Below are positions 25,682 through 39,620 of a stretch of 64,000 nt of DNA, one piece after another. The first letter of the stretch is position 1, and the number at the start of each line of letters is the position of its first letter. The stretch is from Eledone cirrhosa (Eukaryota). Below the pieces are notes generated by a model, which ran no database searches, had not been told where the DNA came from, and saw nothing but the letters and a program-made list of their open reading frames with translations. The position numbers and the translations under genes were made by a program. The stretch lies in the NCBI GenBank assembly GCA_964016885.1, contig OZ024740.1, positions 178,870,001 through 178,934,000 of the forward strand, read 5' to 3'.

Positions 25682-28600
25682 CATACATACATACATAAAT
25701 ATCCATATACATCTAGACATATAATAGGGTAGTTGCTTACAGGTATTTGTGAGGTTTTATAGCAAAAGCATAGACGTGATAATGTTGAGATATATTTATG
25801 AAGGAAATAGAAAGAAACAATCTGCTTATAGTATTAATGTAACTAATGAAAACTAGAACAATTTATTCGTAATCTGAATATGTGTGAAATCTAATTCAGT
25901 GATAAATGTGTTTGTCTATAGATATCAAATTGATGCTAAATTGTCATTATCATAAAAACTAAAAGCGTTTCGTCAATAAATAGAATCGCTAGTGTACCGG
26001 TTGATTAAATAGTTTTACTAGAGTACGAATTCGTTACTGTATGTAGCCTGCCTTGTTTTCTCATCGTTAAAAAACTCTTGATCAAATTTTAGGTGTATGC
26101 TGGAACATTAATACTGTTTGGGGCTCTACTAAATATATAATAAAATAAAGAACAAAGTATAGACATCTATTCATTTCTCCCACCTGCTACAAAGACGAAC
26201 ATTGTTTTTGTTCAAATGAATTCTGCACTGAAAATAAAATGCCGATGAGCATTGAGGAGTAAGAGATAAGCTTCCAAGCGAGTCGGAGCTGTAATCAAAT
26301 TGACCCGGATTTACGTCACACTGCCTTCAGAAACCTTTGAGAAAGTCGCGTAATATCTTAGTTCAATTGCCAATGAAATTTCTGGTTTCATGACTTCGTG
26401 ATGAGTAGTATTTGATCATTACCACAGGAGTGGGATGATGTGAACATGGCATACTGTAATGACTAGGGAAAGCTATGCAATCTATCTTCAAATTTCTATC
26501 GAGGCAAATTTGCTTTTTGTTTGTTTTGGAAGGCAAGCTGTAAACGCACAAAAAGCTGTCATTAAATTTCAATTCCTTATACAAACATATCTGTTTAATG
26601 TATATTTTACACATTGCTAGATGTGTTGAAGTTCAAGACGTACGCCTAAATATGAACTGAAGCTCTGCAATCTAGTTTCTACTTTCTATTCCATAAAATT
26701 TGCTTCATGTAAATAATTCAAATTTGTCAGAAAGCAATGATATGTACGCGCAAAGATCTATCTCCTATTTCACTATATATTCAATGAAATATATTCCTTA
26801 TTAATTGTATTACCCGAGTGCCAAGGTCAGCGAAACTATTCCTACTTCTTTTTTTAAGAAAACGAATACCACTTTCATATCAAAAGGCCTGGGTCTCGTA
26901 CTACAGCTCCACAAATCTCGCAATTACAAAGCTCGCAATTACTATTACTCATCAACTGTTTCAAGTACCACTTGAGGTGGTCTATGAGAGTAGTAAGGGA
27001 GAGAAAGATTACTTTCTTGTGTGTTACATAATAAATGGCTGTGAGATTTACGTGGCTGATCATACTTTTCTAAGCAGGAAGCAAAAACTCAGAGTGCACC
27101 TTCAGTATCCGTGAAAGAAAATATGGGTGAGCCACTTATTAAGGTCTATCAAATCGGTTATACCAAACATTTCAAAATGCATGGCTATGCGAGAAATCCT
27201 TACTAAAAGTGATAAGATAGAAAAATGTATCGAGTAGTGATCTGAGTGTTATTAAATGTTTAGTTTCACCTATCTGAAATGTTATATATGGACTCTGAAT
27301 CTGCAAGAAATAGCTGTAAATTCTCCCTAAATAACACCTTATTGACTTGGACAAAGAATTAATTGTAAAGTGTATTTCGGGCAGGATACATTATTTCTTA
27401 CCTATAAAGACGGGTTGAACATACCTGGAATTCTAATGATCACAGGCTTAGTAATTCGTGACAGATTTTGGTCGAAACGCCTACAATAACAAAAACGTTA
27501 TCAGTCGTGTCTCCAACCTCGATTAAATATGCGTCATAAGGTACTGTTAATGCTATGGTTCGATGTAACGATGTGTGTATTCTCCCAAGAACGCTTTCAC
27601 GGACACAACTTACCCGACAGAGAGAGGGGGCAGATGGGAGTGAGAAGGGGAGCAAGGGAATAAGCGAGAAAGTCTGTTTGAGCGCGTGAGCGTATGAGAG
27701 GGAGACTGTGTTTGAGAGAAGGAGAGAGTGTGTGTGATTGTGTGTATCAGAGAGAAAGGCCTATCGACCCAAATATTTGAATGGTATTCTTTTTTTCAAC
27801 CTCAAAACTACGAAAGGCAAATATGTCCTCAAATGGATTTGAACACAACGCATTTTATTCGACTGTATGCCATTCTATTCGGCACGTATTTGCTGCATTG
27901 GAAATATTGTTTCTACTTTTGGCACAAGGCCAGCGCTGCATTGGAAATATTAATAATAGGAAATTGACGGTGTATATCAATTAGTTTCGTTTAGTACGAA
28001 ACCTAACATCTTTCAGTATTTAGTTATGATATTCTTTATTATTGTCCCGTTGTTGATAAAACTGTAACATATAGTGGAAAATGAGTCCATTGGCTATAGG
28101 CCTACATATAAATCTGTGGCTTTATGTCAACGTGAGAAATCATTATTAATTATAATACAGCTGTCGGTTCCATCGGGATCCTGGTCGCAGCACTAACTGC
28201 AGCGATACCTCTGAACTATATAACAATATACAGAGTAATATTAATAACAATAAAGTAATGGTGTAATTCGATTACAGCCATCGATGTAAGTTATTTAGAA
28301 GATATGATTAAAGATCTCACTATGGAATAAGCGCCGATGCTACTCAAAAGCTTCCATAATTATTTAGTCTTTCAAACATATGCTTACTATTAACCGTTAA
28401 AGAATTACCATGTATGCTTAAAAATGTAGGACATAAATAACAGGAGTTTAAAAACTATCTATTCGAAGTGGCGAATAGAAAGGAAATAAGACTACAGTAA
28501 AACGACTGAACGAGAAAACGATATAATAAAAATAACATATACAAACTGAATGAATATTCAGGGGAAAATAATCATATATTTTATCTGGATATTTTAAAGC

Positions 28601-29454
28601 AACGTCCATGTGCTGTCAGTATTAATCGGCACAATCCAACTTTAATCGGCCGGACATAAAATCAAACACATTTCTACTATCATCACTCGTCGTTTAGCTG
28701 CATGTAAGCCACATAACCTAATAGTTGGGATGCATGAGGTACGATCGTAATGCCATCTATTCAATTCCTTTCTTTAGAAAAACACAATATTTTACGTTGC
28801 TCCAGTACACATCAGCTGAGAGTGAGTACCAGTAAAAGCTGGAGTGTTAAATCTGCGATAGAGGGAGAGACATACTCTCAGTAACTCAGCGCCGGGGAAA
28901 GCAGGTATAAGCACTGGCCTGAAGCGCCAGACATAGAATGTATCTTAAGAGTATGTTATATAGTGCGCATAATTTTCCTTATTTAGACATTATTGGGTAT
29001 GATATGATATACATTTGTTCCATAAGTGAACCCATAGAGGCTCCTTCAATGGCTTATATACATTCAGATATTTCTTGAGGTATTTATCAGGTATTTATGG
29101 AATACCGATTTTGTAATGAATATATTAAACTGGTTTAATTCAGTTTGATTCCGTTTCCTTCCAGAAAATTAAATTAATATTACAGTTAATACGAAAACAA
29201 ATCATTGAAATGACTAACGACTATTAATACAAATCAAATAGCGTTAATCGGTTTCTAATTAGCAGGAACAATGGAACACCGTGAAATATATTTTTCAGAA
29301 TTCCAAGAAAATGTGAGAGCATTACAGAAGATTAGAGAATATAGGAAATGCGTAGTTGTGCATGACTAACTATTCGTTAGATATCAATGGGAAAAAAGAA
29401 AAAACATTCAGTTTCTACTAAAATATTTAAGACATGCAATATATACATACATAT

Positions 29455-29537
<83 letters not shown>

Positions 29538-29543
<6 letters not shown>

Positions 29544-30027
29544 TAAATAAAAGTCAAATGATTAAAATTTAGCTTCGTTTATTACTGCTATATATATTTC
29601 AGTGACAGCCATCTTTGGCTGTGACCTCTTCAGGCAGTTTGAATTAGTATGGTATAGACAAGTACATATGTGGTTTAGGTGTATGATATTGTCAATACTC
29701 TGATATGCCCAGTTCCTTGCTGGGTTGTTAATTCACTGGGGAACTGGAGTCATATGACTCCAGTTTTTGACAATATCATACACCTAAACAACATATGTAC
29801 TTGTCTATACCATACTAATTCAAACTGCCTGAAGAGGTCACAGCCAAAGATGGCTGTCACTGAAATATATATAGCAGTAATAAACGAAGCTAAATTTTAA
29901 TCATTTGACTTTTATTTAACTTTATTTTACACTACTCCGGAGTAACCAAACCAACCTGCGCACTTCGTCGAGTGCTCCAGCCTGCATACTGAGGTGTTGG
30001 TATACAACCAACATAAACTCAAAATCT
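29538..30027 (+). mobile_element. Foldback+tail mini-element family E with a hammerhead on each arm
   Basis: ~155-bp near-perfect arms (29538-29695 / 29767-29924), a tail with GAGTGCT, (TA)n on the left. Confidence 0.88.
29824..29878 (+). ncRNA. Minimal hammerhead ribozyme (antisense copy 29584-29638)
   Basis: ACTGC CTGAAGA GGTCACAGCCA-aaga-TGGCTGTCACT GAAA TATATA TA GCAGT. Confidence 0.85.
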
Positions 30028-30433
30028 ATATTTATATATAGATAGATAGATACATAGATAGATACATAGATAGATACATATACACACATGCGCACATACA
30101 TACATGCATGAGTATACATAGATACAAACATAAGCGCATTACGGGTTATTGACTTAATATATGTATCCATCTGACCAGACAGCCGAAAAAGTAACAAACA
30201 AAATATTAAGGTACGCACATACGCACAGAACGTACATAACAATATTGGTGTACGAAAATACATATAATTACAAGAGGGTATGTAAATGGATATATATATA
30301 CACACACACACATATATACATATATATATACACACGTACATAGACATACATATAAACATACACACACATATGTATATATATACATGCATACATACACACA
30401 TACACACACACACACATATATATATGTATATAA

Positions 30434-30803
30434 TATATAAGATCAAAAGATGGTTAAAAGAGTTCCATGTATTTTATTATGCGCATTTCAAAAACAAATA
30501 TCATCATGCGATAACATTTGCGTTTTCGTCAGATAAAATAAGGAGACATGATATGAAGTTTAAAAAACACTTGTGAATAGTACAGTTTAAAATCAACATG
30601 TCTCCCTATTTTATCTGACGAAAACGCAAATGTCATCGCATGATGTTATTTGTTTTTGAAATGCGCATAATAAAATACATGGAACTTTTTTAACCATCTT
30701 TTGATCTTATATATTATTTATACTCCAGTCCTACAAACTGGAGAGTGCTACTTATCCGATATCTGCATTGCTTTATTGTACTACAATAAAACTCACCTCC
30801 TAC
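30434..30803 (+). mobile_element. Foldback+tail mini-element family F with a hammerhead on each arm
   Basis: ~115-bp arms (30434-30550 / 30596-30713); tail tactccag..ctggagagtgct. Confidence 0.88.
30608..30676 (+). ncRNA. Minimal hammerhead ribozyme (antisense copy 30471-30539)
   Basis: ATTTTAT CTGACGA [aaacgcaaat...atttgttttt] GAAA TGCGCA TA ATAAAAT, with a palindromic stem III. Confidence 0.88.
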
Positions 30804-32226
30804 ATATATATGTATATATATATGTGTGTGTATATATATGTATATATACATAGATACACATATAAAATTAATACCTACATACATACAGACACATAAATCA
30901 GAATAGAATAAAAATAAATTAATAGGACAAAAATTATTGAAATGCATACATAATTATCCGTGCACATATATGCTTATATAAACTTATATAGAATATAGAG
31001 ATAAGAAATACACAAAAGAATATATTTATATATAAACACACACATATACACGCGCATATATACACACAGATATATACACACGCACATAGACACACACACA
31101 TACATATATATACATATATATTTATTAAAATAACAGATTAAAGTTTAAGCAAAGAATCGCTGTTTTCACCCTTAACGGGAGCTTCTGAAACTAACAAAGT
31201 CAATCTGTAAACGCAGAAGTAAATATTTCAAAAAACGTTGCAACCGTAGGAAGACAGGAAGACGATACTTTGGTTCGTGGAAACGTTCCCTGGCAAAGAA
31301 CGGGAAAAAACGAATATAATACGTCATTATTTGGAGCGGTGAAAAACAATTACACGCAAAGACAAAACCACGTTTATGGTATAAAAGAAGTCGTAGACTA
31401 ATATTCTATTAAGTGGTTCATAGAGACCTTCTCTGGCAATGAACGAAAAAAACGAAGATAAAACGTCATATGTGGGGCGGGAGAACAATTGCACGCAAAG
31501 ACAAAACCACGTAAATGCTATAACTGAAGTCGTAGACTAAAATTCTAACTGGGAAACCGAATGGTTCTCGGCTTCAGAGTTAAGAATAAAGTAAATAAAA
31601 TACAGAGGTAATTGAAATTAAATAAATACATACACGCATCCATATACGTACTTAAACAAGCATAGGCGAAAACACTCGCCATAGGTATACAAATACACGC
31701 ACGTACACAAAAAACCAAAAACAAACCTGCACGCACATACAGAACCCATGCAACGCCTGTACCCGCACGCATACGAATGTATACACCAAATACACATAAA
31801 AATATATATAAAAAATATATATATATGTGTGTGTGTGCGTGTATACATATAATTAAATAAACGTATATAAATAAATAAATACGTATATAACAAGTGAACA
31901 CACATACCTACATGTAAATACATATATGTTCGGAGACTTACGTCAACCAAAACACGAAATACACATATACACACACCCTACATACGTACGAACCCGCATA
32001 TACACAGCCGCAAAACCCACGTATACACATAACCAAAAGCATATGTATCAGAATATATAATATATACGCCATAACATATACAATCAAATATACGTACGAG
32101 AAAGTATACGTACCTTCACAAAACATACAGGTAATATATACTTACCCATACAAATAAGTAATGGTATAAACATAACATATACTTAGCTACCACATCAAGA
32201 CGTAAAATATTCGCGTATAGTTCGTA

Positions 32227-32646
32227 CTATCCGTTAGGGTATAATGTGGGGCTGTAATACAGGAAAGTTTTGTGTAATTTTTGTTTACAAGCCGAAATTG
32301 CCTCAGATTTTTTGTTTAATATGTGGTCTTTGGCGTAGAGTTTTTCCAGGGCCTCAGCGGCGCAGAGGTCGCATGGTCTTTTATTTCCGTTATACGATCT
32401 AGCCCTAGCTAGGATCTCCCAGTGTAACTTATATTGGGTGTGGTTCTCTTTCAGACCCCAGCTATAAGCTGAAAGTGACGTCATATTCCTTCTTAAAGAG
32501 TTACGAAAAGAATAGGTACGCATGTAAAGACGCTGCTTGAATCTATTGGCGGTTAACCCTATGTAGGCCCTACGGGACGTGGGTGTTTCAACCTTACATT
32601 TGTAGACAATGTTATTATCGCGGTCTCTTTGGATTTTAGTCTTCAA
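32227..32646 (-). pseudogene. PLE GIY-YIG endonuclease fragment (Penelope/Poseidon type)
   Basis: IVYKCKV...AYIGLT..RFKQR...TSLSAYSWGLKE...WEIL...CDLC..E...LNKKSE..SAC. Confidence 0.88.
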
Positions 32647-32658
32647 ATTTATTATTAC

Positions 32659-32734
<76 letters not shown>

Positions 32735-32741
32735 CTATATA

Positions 32742-33050
32742 TATATTAAGACAGGGGGAAGAAAAAAATGGCTTCACTTGTGCTTTCAACAAATTTATTT
32801 TCTTCACAAAATCCCAAAATAATTTTTTTCCGGATTAAAAAAAATTTTATAAATTGAGTCGTTGGTTGTTGGTACCAACAACCAACGACTCAATTTATAA
32901 AAAACATTTTTTTTTTATTTTTTCTAATCCGGAAAAAAATTCTTTTTGGATTTTGTGAAGAAAATAAATTTGTTGAAACCACAAGTGAAGTCATTTTTTT
33001 CTTCCCCCCTGTCTTAATATACATAACTGTACCAAGGATTACACACATTT

Positions 33051-33055
<5 letters not shown>
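32742..33055 (+). mobile_element. Foldback+tail mini-element family G, spacerless palindrome centred on ggtacc
   Basis: Arms ~32742-32873 / 32874-33020 plus a ~35-nt tail; (TA)n flanks. Confidence 0.8.
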
Positions 33056-33090
<35 letters not shown>

Positions 33091-33094
<4 letters not shown>

Positions 33095-34062
33095 ATACTT
33101 TGGGAGGGTCATGTAGCCACTAAGAAACACACGCACCAGATGCTTTCACTTCAATTTATTATAATAAATTTATAAATTTAGACATTTATAAATTTCCGGT
33201 TGGTTGGTTGTTTCCACAACCAGATGATTGTTTATATATTGTCAAAGTTCTTTCGTCACACATTCTGTGACCTCTTCAGTGACTGGGATTATTTTCTTTG
33301 TTATTGTGCTGCTCCATTGTTCTGTCCTACGCCATCTTGTTTTTGTGTGTGTGTTGTGTGCTTAGTTTGCGCATGTGTTACATCCGGGTGTCTGTGTGTG
33401 TTTATATTTGTTTATTTATTGGTTTATTTACATGTTACTGGTTGGTTGTTTGTTCTATGTGCGTGTGTGTTTTCATTTTGACCTTAATTGTAAGTTGTGA
33501 TGTTGCTGTTCCATTCATGTTTTCTATTTAATATTGTTGGAGTTCATTTATGTTTATTGCCGCTGTTTATTTTTTCTATTTAATTTTGGTGGATTTCATT
33601 TATGTTTATTGTTCATTTATGTTTATTGCCTTATGTTTATTGCCTCTGTCTAAACATTGCGTCTTTTCTGTGTAGATTCTACTTTTATTTCTATGTTCTC
33701 TAATTTACCCTTATGTTCTATTTTAGCATGTACACATGATTTTTCACTATCTTGAAGGTCTCGCCAGTGTTCATTTATCCGTTCCCCTATACTACGAGCT
33801 GTCTCACCTATGTACACTATATTCTTATCTCTACATTGTTCTTTTGTACATCTTATGCTATATACTACATTTCTAGTTTTACAGTTAATATGGGGGCTTA
33901 ATTTACAGATTATACATTTCTTATCTATACAGGGAGGTCTTATTATAATAAATTGAAGTGAAAGCAACTGGTGCGTGTGTTTCTTATTGGCAACATGAGC
34001 CTCCCAAATATAACAATGTCTGTTTCAACACACGTTTTCAGATAAAGAAATTCAGAAACGAA
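33091..34062 (-). mobile_element. 5'-truncated PLE: GIY-YIG ORF, 3' pLTR with hammerhead (33241-33284) and inverted family-C tail
   Basis: ORF 33650-33967 CIIC..NCKTRNVVYSIRC..C..VYIGETARSIGERINEH; its termini are the family C sequence of 2893-3330. Confidence 0.85.
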
Positions 34063-34080
34063 ATATATATATATATATAT

Positions 34081-34410
34081 AGGTAAAAAAGAAAGGAAAA
34101 TGCTGACAAATTTTTCCCAGTGAAAAATAGTTTAATTAGGAATAAGTATAAATTAGTAATAAGTATTAGTTAGTAATCAGCTTTAGTTATAAGTTTTATA
34201 AATGAACCACCGCTCCGCGACGTAGTTTCTTCACTCACTCGATTGAGAAGTGACGCGGCCGTCGCCGAGCGGTGGTTCATTTATAAAACTTAAAACTAAA
34301 ACTGAATACTAACTAATACTTATTACTAATTTATACTTATTCCTAATTAAACTATTTTTCACTGGGAAAAATTTGTCAGCATTTTCTTTTTCTTTCACAC
34401 CACTATTTTT
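34081..34410 (+). mobile_element. Foldback mini-element family H
   Basis: ~125-bp arms (34090-34215 / 34267-34395); the minus-strand centre has a hammerhead-like 3' half gaaac-tac-gtc-gcgg. Confidence 0.75.
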
Positions 34411-34411
34411 T

Positions 34412-34530
<119 letters not shown>

Positions 34531-34801
34531 ACATATGTATATATATGTATATATATGTATATATATATATTTATATATACATGCATACATACGTATGTGT
34601 ATATATATAGAAAAACCCATATATTCGTACATACATACGCACACACATGCATAAATAAATATACACACACACATACATTTACATATATGAAAAAAGAAAA
34701 GAAAGAAAAAAGAAAAAAATATAAAATTATAAAAGTGTAAAAATATACATACGTATGTACGCAGACATAGAAGTATGGAAATGCATATAATTGGAAAAGT
34801 G

Positions 34802-34832
<31 letters not shown>

Positions 34833-35071
34833 CTAAAAAAATTATATAGATAAAATTATATACACTATAAGATATACAGCACGTACACATACGTACATAA
34901 ACACACATATGTAAAAATATATACACGCACGCACCAATATACAAATATGGATATACATATATATATATACACATATACATACACTCATGCCCATACGTAC
35001 ATGCAGAACATATACATACGCATACATAGACATGCACATACACACACATATATATAAATATACACATATAC

Positions 35072-35103
<32 letters not shown>

Positions 35104-36516
35104 GTAAATATACATATATACACATATAAATACAAGAATACACACCAAATTATACATCAACACATACATATATACATACATACATACATACTTAAACAAG
35201 CATATATCAATATATATCTATGAATATATTATCTGAAAGATAGAATTGGGGTTCCCGTTATTACAACAATATGTAGAAAGTGTATAACTATTAGGTAGAA
35301 AGAAAAGGCTATGATTGAGTATTAGAGGTTGATGGAATGAGGGTAGTCAGAGTGTGTGTGTTAAGGGTATGACAAAGGCTTTGTGTTTAAAGTGAATATG
35401 TGAGTGTTTTTTGGTTGTAGATAAAGGTATGGTTAAATGTTAAAAAGGAAGAAGTGTTCAAAGTCTCTAATAGGTTATGAATGGTGGAAAGAATGAAAGT
35501 GGTCGGTGTGTCTGTGTGTCTGTGTTAAATGTATGAAAAAAAAAAGGGGGGGGGGATATAATGAAAATAAATAAGTGGGTGTTTATTGTGTGCAATGATT
35601 GTAGTTAAATACTTGTGTTCATAAAGAGATCAGAGTTTTGAGTGGAAGAGTTAATTCGTAAAAGGAGGAAGTTCGGGGTGGTTGAGTGTCCAAAGGTATA
35701 TTATACCAGCTGCAAAGAAGATGTGATTTCATGTATGGACAACCTCTGAATATATCATTATTAGAATTGAGGCAAATATTAGAGATTGCGATTCTGTATT
35801 TTTCGGTTATACACAAAGAACATTTCTTTGTGCCTTTCTGATAATCTTTTGAGTAGTCTAAAATGGACCAATCAATCAAATATGGAATCTTACATTCTTT
35901 TAACTCCCACACTTTCTTTGTCAGCGCCGTAGTTGTCCTTTTGTCTGGGTGTTTGAAGGAAGCGACATGTGCGTAGTATTGAATCTATCGGACGTCATAC
36001 CCACATATCGCTCAATCATAGCTGGTTGGTTATTCTCAATAGGTGTTACTTTAGCCTAGTATGCGATTGATTTCGTATTACCTTGTAAAGGGCATTCTTC
36101 AGCTTTTCTGCAGCTACATTTATTGATATTCCTTTATTGATATTCATGTTGGTAATCTTAGATTTCATGGATGGGCAGCAAGAGTAGTTAAGTTTAACTA
36201 AATTTGTATTAAACATCTTATCATATCTACGATGTTGGGGGAAGTGTTTGTCTACAAGTGTTTATATATAAATATATTCTTGTCTGTATTTCTTATTCTA
36301 TATGAGTTTATATAAGCATATATGTGCACGGATAATTATGTATGCATTTCAATATTTTTTGTCCTATTAATTTATTTTTATTCTATTCCGAGATTATAAA
36401 TATGTCTGTATGTTTGTAAGTATTATATTTTTTATGTGTACGTATTTGTGTGTGTATGTGTGCGGGTGTGTGTATGTGAGTGTTTGTGTGTGTTGGTATG
36501 TGTGCATGTCTATGTA

Positions 36517-36591
<75 letters not shown>

Positions 36592-36989
36592 ATATATGTG
36601 TGTGTATATAAATATCCATTTACTTACTCTTATGTAATTATATATATTTTTGTGCGTCAATGTGTTTATATACGTTATGCGCGTGTGTGCATGAGTGTGT
36701 TTATATTTATACCTTAATATTTTGTTTGTTACTTTTTCGGCTGTCTGGTCAGATGGATTCATATATTAAGTCAATAACCCGAAATGCGCTTCTGATATTG
36801 TATCTATGTATACTCACGCATTATATATGTGTGTATGTATATGTATATATATATATATATATATAAATATATATATATGTGTGTGTGTATATGTATGTCT
36901 GTATGTATGTATGTGTGTATGTACGTATGTATATGTTGTACATATGTATGTATATGTATGTATATGTATATATACATATGTGTATGTAT

Positions 36990-37345
36990 ATGCGCGGGTA
37001 AATAGAAATAGTCGGGCTACACACCCGATCGCGCTATTAAACCACTGCTACGGAAGGACCCCTGGCCTTTGTCAGGGCATTCTTCTAGGAGAAGGCAACT
37101 CAGGAAACTGGGATAACTCCGATATAAAATCTGCGGCTCAGTAGTTACTGATGATGTTGCTTTTTTTTCTTTTTTTCGGGTCATAGCAACTGTCGCTCAG
37201 AGAGTGGGATTGGTTCAGTGCACAGTCTTTCTTCACTTTAAAACATATCTTTACGCACAGGCAATGCACGATAGAATTAATTAATAATTATTAATAATGG
37301 TATATCGTGCAATGGCCATACTCGATAACGAGGGGGCAGCCATCA
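36990..37345 (+). mobile_element. Second bipartite RTE-derived short element
   Basis: gcctttgtcagggca..ctaggagaaggcaactc (RTE 5'UTR-like) plus a 3' end tgcaatggccatactcgataacgagggggcagccatc nearly identical to the 3' end of the RTE at 5198-5237. Confidence 0.7.
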
Positions 37346-37409
37346 TATGTGTATGTATGTGTGCGAGTATATGTATCTGGGTGTGTGTGTAGGTATATAT
37401 ATATGTATG

Positions 37410-37454
<45 letters not shown>

Positions 37455-38273
37455 GTGTGTGTGTGTGTCTATATATATACACATATATATATATATATAT
37501 ATATATAATATTTTATATATATATATATTCATTTAAAAATAAATCATTTTCTTATATATATATATATATATATATGTTAAATTTATATAAATGCACCCAC
37601 AGCAGAGACGGTAAAATCTTCCAAAATTAAAACATTGAAGTCCATTGGGTTAAGCTGGAATCCCACGTAAGATCAGCAAAGAAAGAATTCTGGCAGACCA
37701 TCCACCAAAATCGAAATAAGAAGTTCCACTCAACACATGGTATCAGTAACGCGTCCAGGCTTCTTCTGTTTTCACACATGTTCATCCTCACAAGTTAAAG
37801 AAAATAATTTTCTGATCTTCCACACCAGCATCTTCTGATGTGCATGAGGTACATCTGGAAGCAATGACTAACCTCTGAGGGACTGGGCCCACAAATAAAG
37901 AAGCTCATATGCACAGATGAAATTCAGCCAGAGATTTTAATAGCCCTAAATAGAGAAAATGTTATCTGGCTGATTCGTGAGTGCCGGATGGCTAGTGTCT
38001 CTGGAAAGGCCCCTAAGCGATGGAAATCGGGGTAGGCACTGGGTAGGTCTCGAACAAGATGTTTGCATAACATCATTAGTTTCGGCTAGTATCCCAAAAT
38101 GTAGGTGTGCTTGAGGAATCTGTCCCCACAAACCACCAAGGAATAGGGGAGCGAACAAGACGAAATCCTTATATTTATATATATACATTCAACTGTTCGT
38201 ATCCATAGAGTACTAAATTGAATAATGGTCTTACTAGTCTCAACGATAAAGATCTCACTTCATTCGCACCACT

Positions 38274-38338
<65 letters not shown>

Positions 38339-38633
38339 CTCTCTCTCTTTTGCTCTCTCTCTCTCTATTTCTCCCTCTCCCTCTCTCTCTCTCTATATAT
38401 ATATATATGTGTGTGTGTATGTGTGTGTGTGTGTGTGAATGTGTATGTGTGTGTTTGTGTGGATGAGTCAATGGCAAGTGAGTTTTACTTTCTCCTGTCT
38501 TCCTCTTCTTTCTAATATCCACAAAGAGAGATCTCATCTGTATATATACACACCACCCGATGAAATTACTAGCGTCCAAATGTTATCATACCTTTCTAAC
38601 TTTTTATAAACGTTATACTAAATTGTCATTATC

Positions 38634-39010
38634 TTGGTGGATTGGCAGTATCGGTAGAGGGTTGGATGCCATGCTTTGACGCATAAAGTTACGGCCCGTG
38701 CCATTCTGAGTTCAAATCCCGCCGAGGTTAACTTTGCCTTTCATCCTTACGGGGTCGATAAAATAAAGTACCAGTAATACACTGGAGTAATAGCTGGTCT
38801 TGTGCCAAAGTAGAAACAATTATCGTAATTTGGCAGTATCGGTAGAGGGTCGGACGCCATGCTTTGACGTATAGAGTTACGGCCTTTGCCATTCTAATTT
38901 AAAATCCCGCCGAGGTTAACTTTGCCTTTCATCCTTACGGGGTCGGTAAAATAAAGTACCAGTAAAGCACTGGCATAATTGCTGGCATTGTGCAAAACGT
39001 GGAAACAATT
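38634..39010 (+). mobile_element. Two tandem tRNA-derived SINEs (Nin/Deu-domain-like central region)
   Basis: tggcagtatcgg (A box), gttcaaatcc (B box), gcctttcatccttacggggtcgataaaataaagtaccag, tail gtgccaaagtagaaacaatt. Confidence 0.85.
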
Positions 39011-39555
39011 ACCATAATGTGTTGTTCTTTGTTTCTATGTTTTCATGAATTTTATTTGTCATGTGATTATATATATATATATATATATACGATATTAACA
39101 AATTGAAAATATATTTATAAAACCATATTTATTTCATTATACATATTTCAAGGATACCAAGTTAAATTATGGTATGCCTTCATCAGACAAAATACAATAT
39201 ATACCAGTTTTATAAATAAACATTGACGTACCCTTTCAAAATGCAACCGTTACTTTTGGAAAACATCAGGATAGTGGTTTGTTTATTTTAGTGAGTCGTT
39301 GTGTTAAGGAGATGTAAAAAGACGGAGAGAGAGAGAAACGTGGAGAAAAGAAAGGGAGATATAAATAAAGAAAAAGAAGAAAGAAAAAAGAAAAAAAAGA
39401 AAGAAGAAAACAGAGGAAAACAACAGAGAGATATCAACCCACCAGACAGAGAGAAAAAATCAAGAGAGAGAAACATAGAGATAGAGAGAGGGGGAGAGAA
39501 CGAAAACCTTAAGTCATGTCATATTAAGTTGAGTTTATAAAACTGGTATATATTG

Positions 39556-39620
39556 TATTTTATCTGATGAAGGCATACCATAATTTAACTTGGTATCCTT
39601 GAAATATGTATAATGAAATA
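39556..39620 (+). ncRNA. Minimal hammerhead ribozyme in pLTR (copies 43588-43652 plus strand, 39130-39194 minus strand)
   Basis: TATTTTAT CTGATGA AGGCATACCA-taatttaact-TGGTATCCTT GAAA TATGTA TA ATGAAATA. Confidence 0.85.

Noticed and set aside
26398-26470. Box C/D snoRNA (gtgatga)
   Set aside because: No CTGA D box or terminal stem at a suitable distance.
31250-31293. Hammerhead-like cagg-aagacga..gaaacgttc-cctg (similar motif at 13710-13745)
   Set aside because: The CUGA core is missing; too degenerate to call.
37600-38160. Possible LINE coding fragment
   Set aside because: Only a faint resemblance, with no diagnostic motif; it cannot be supported without a database search.
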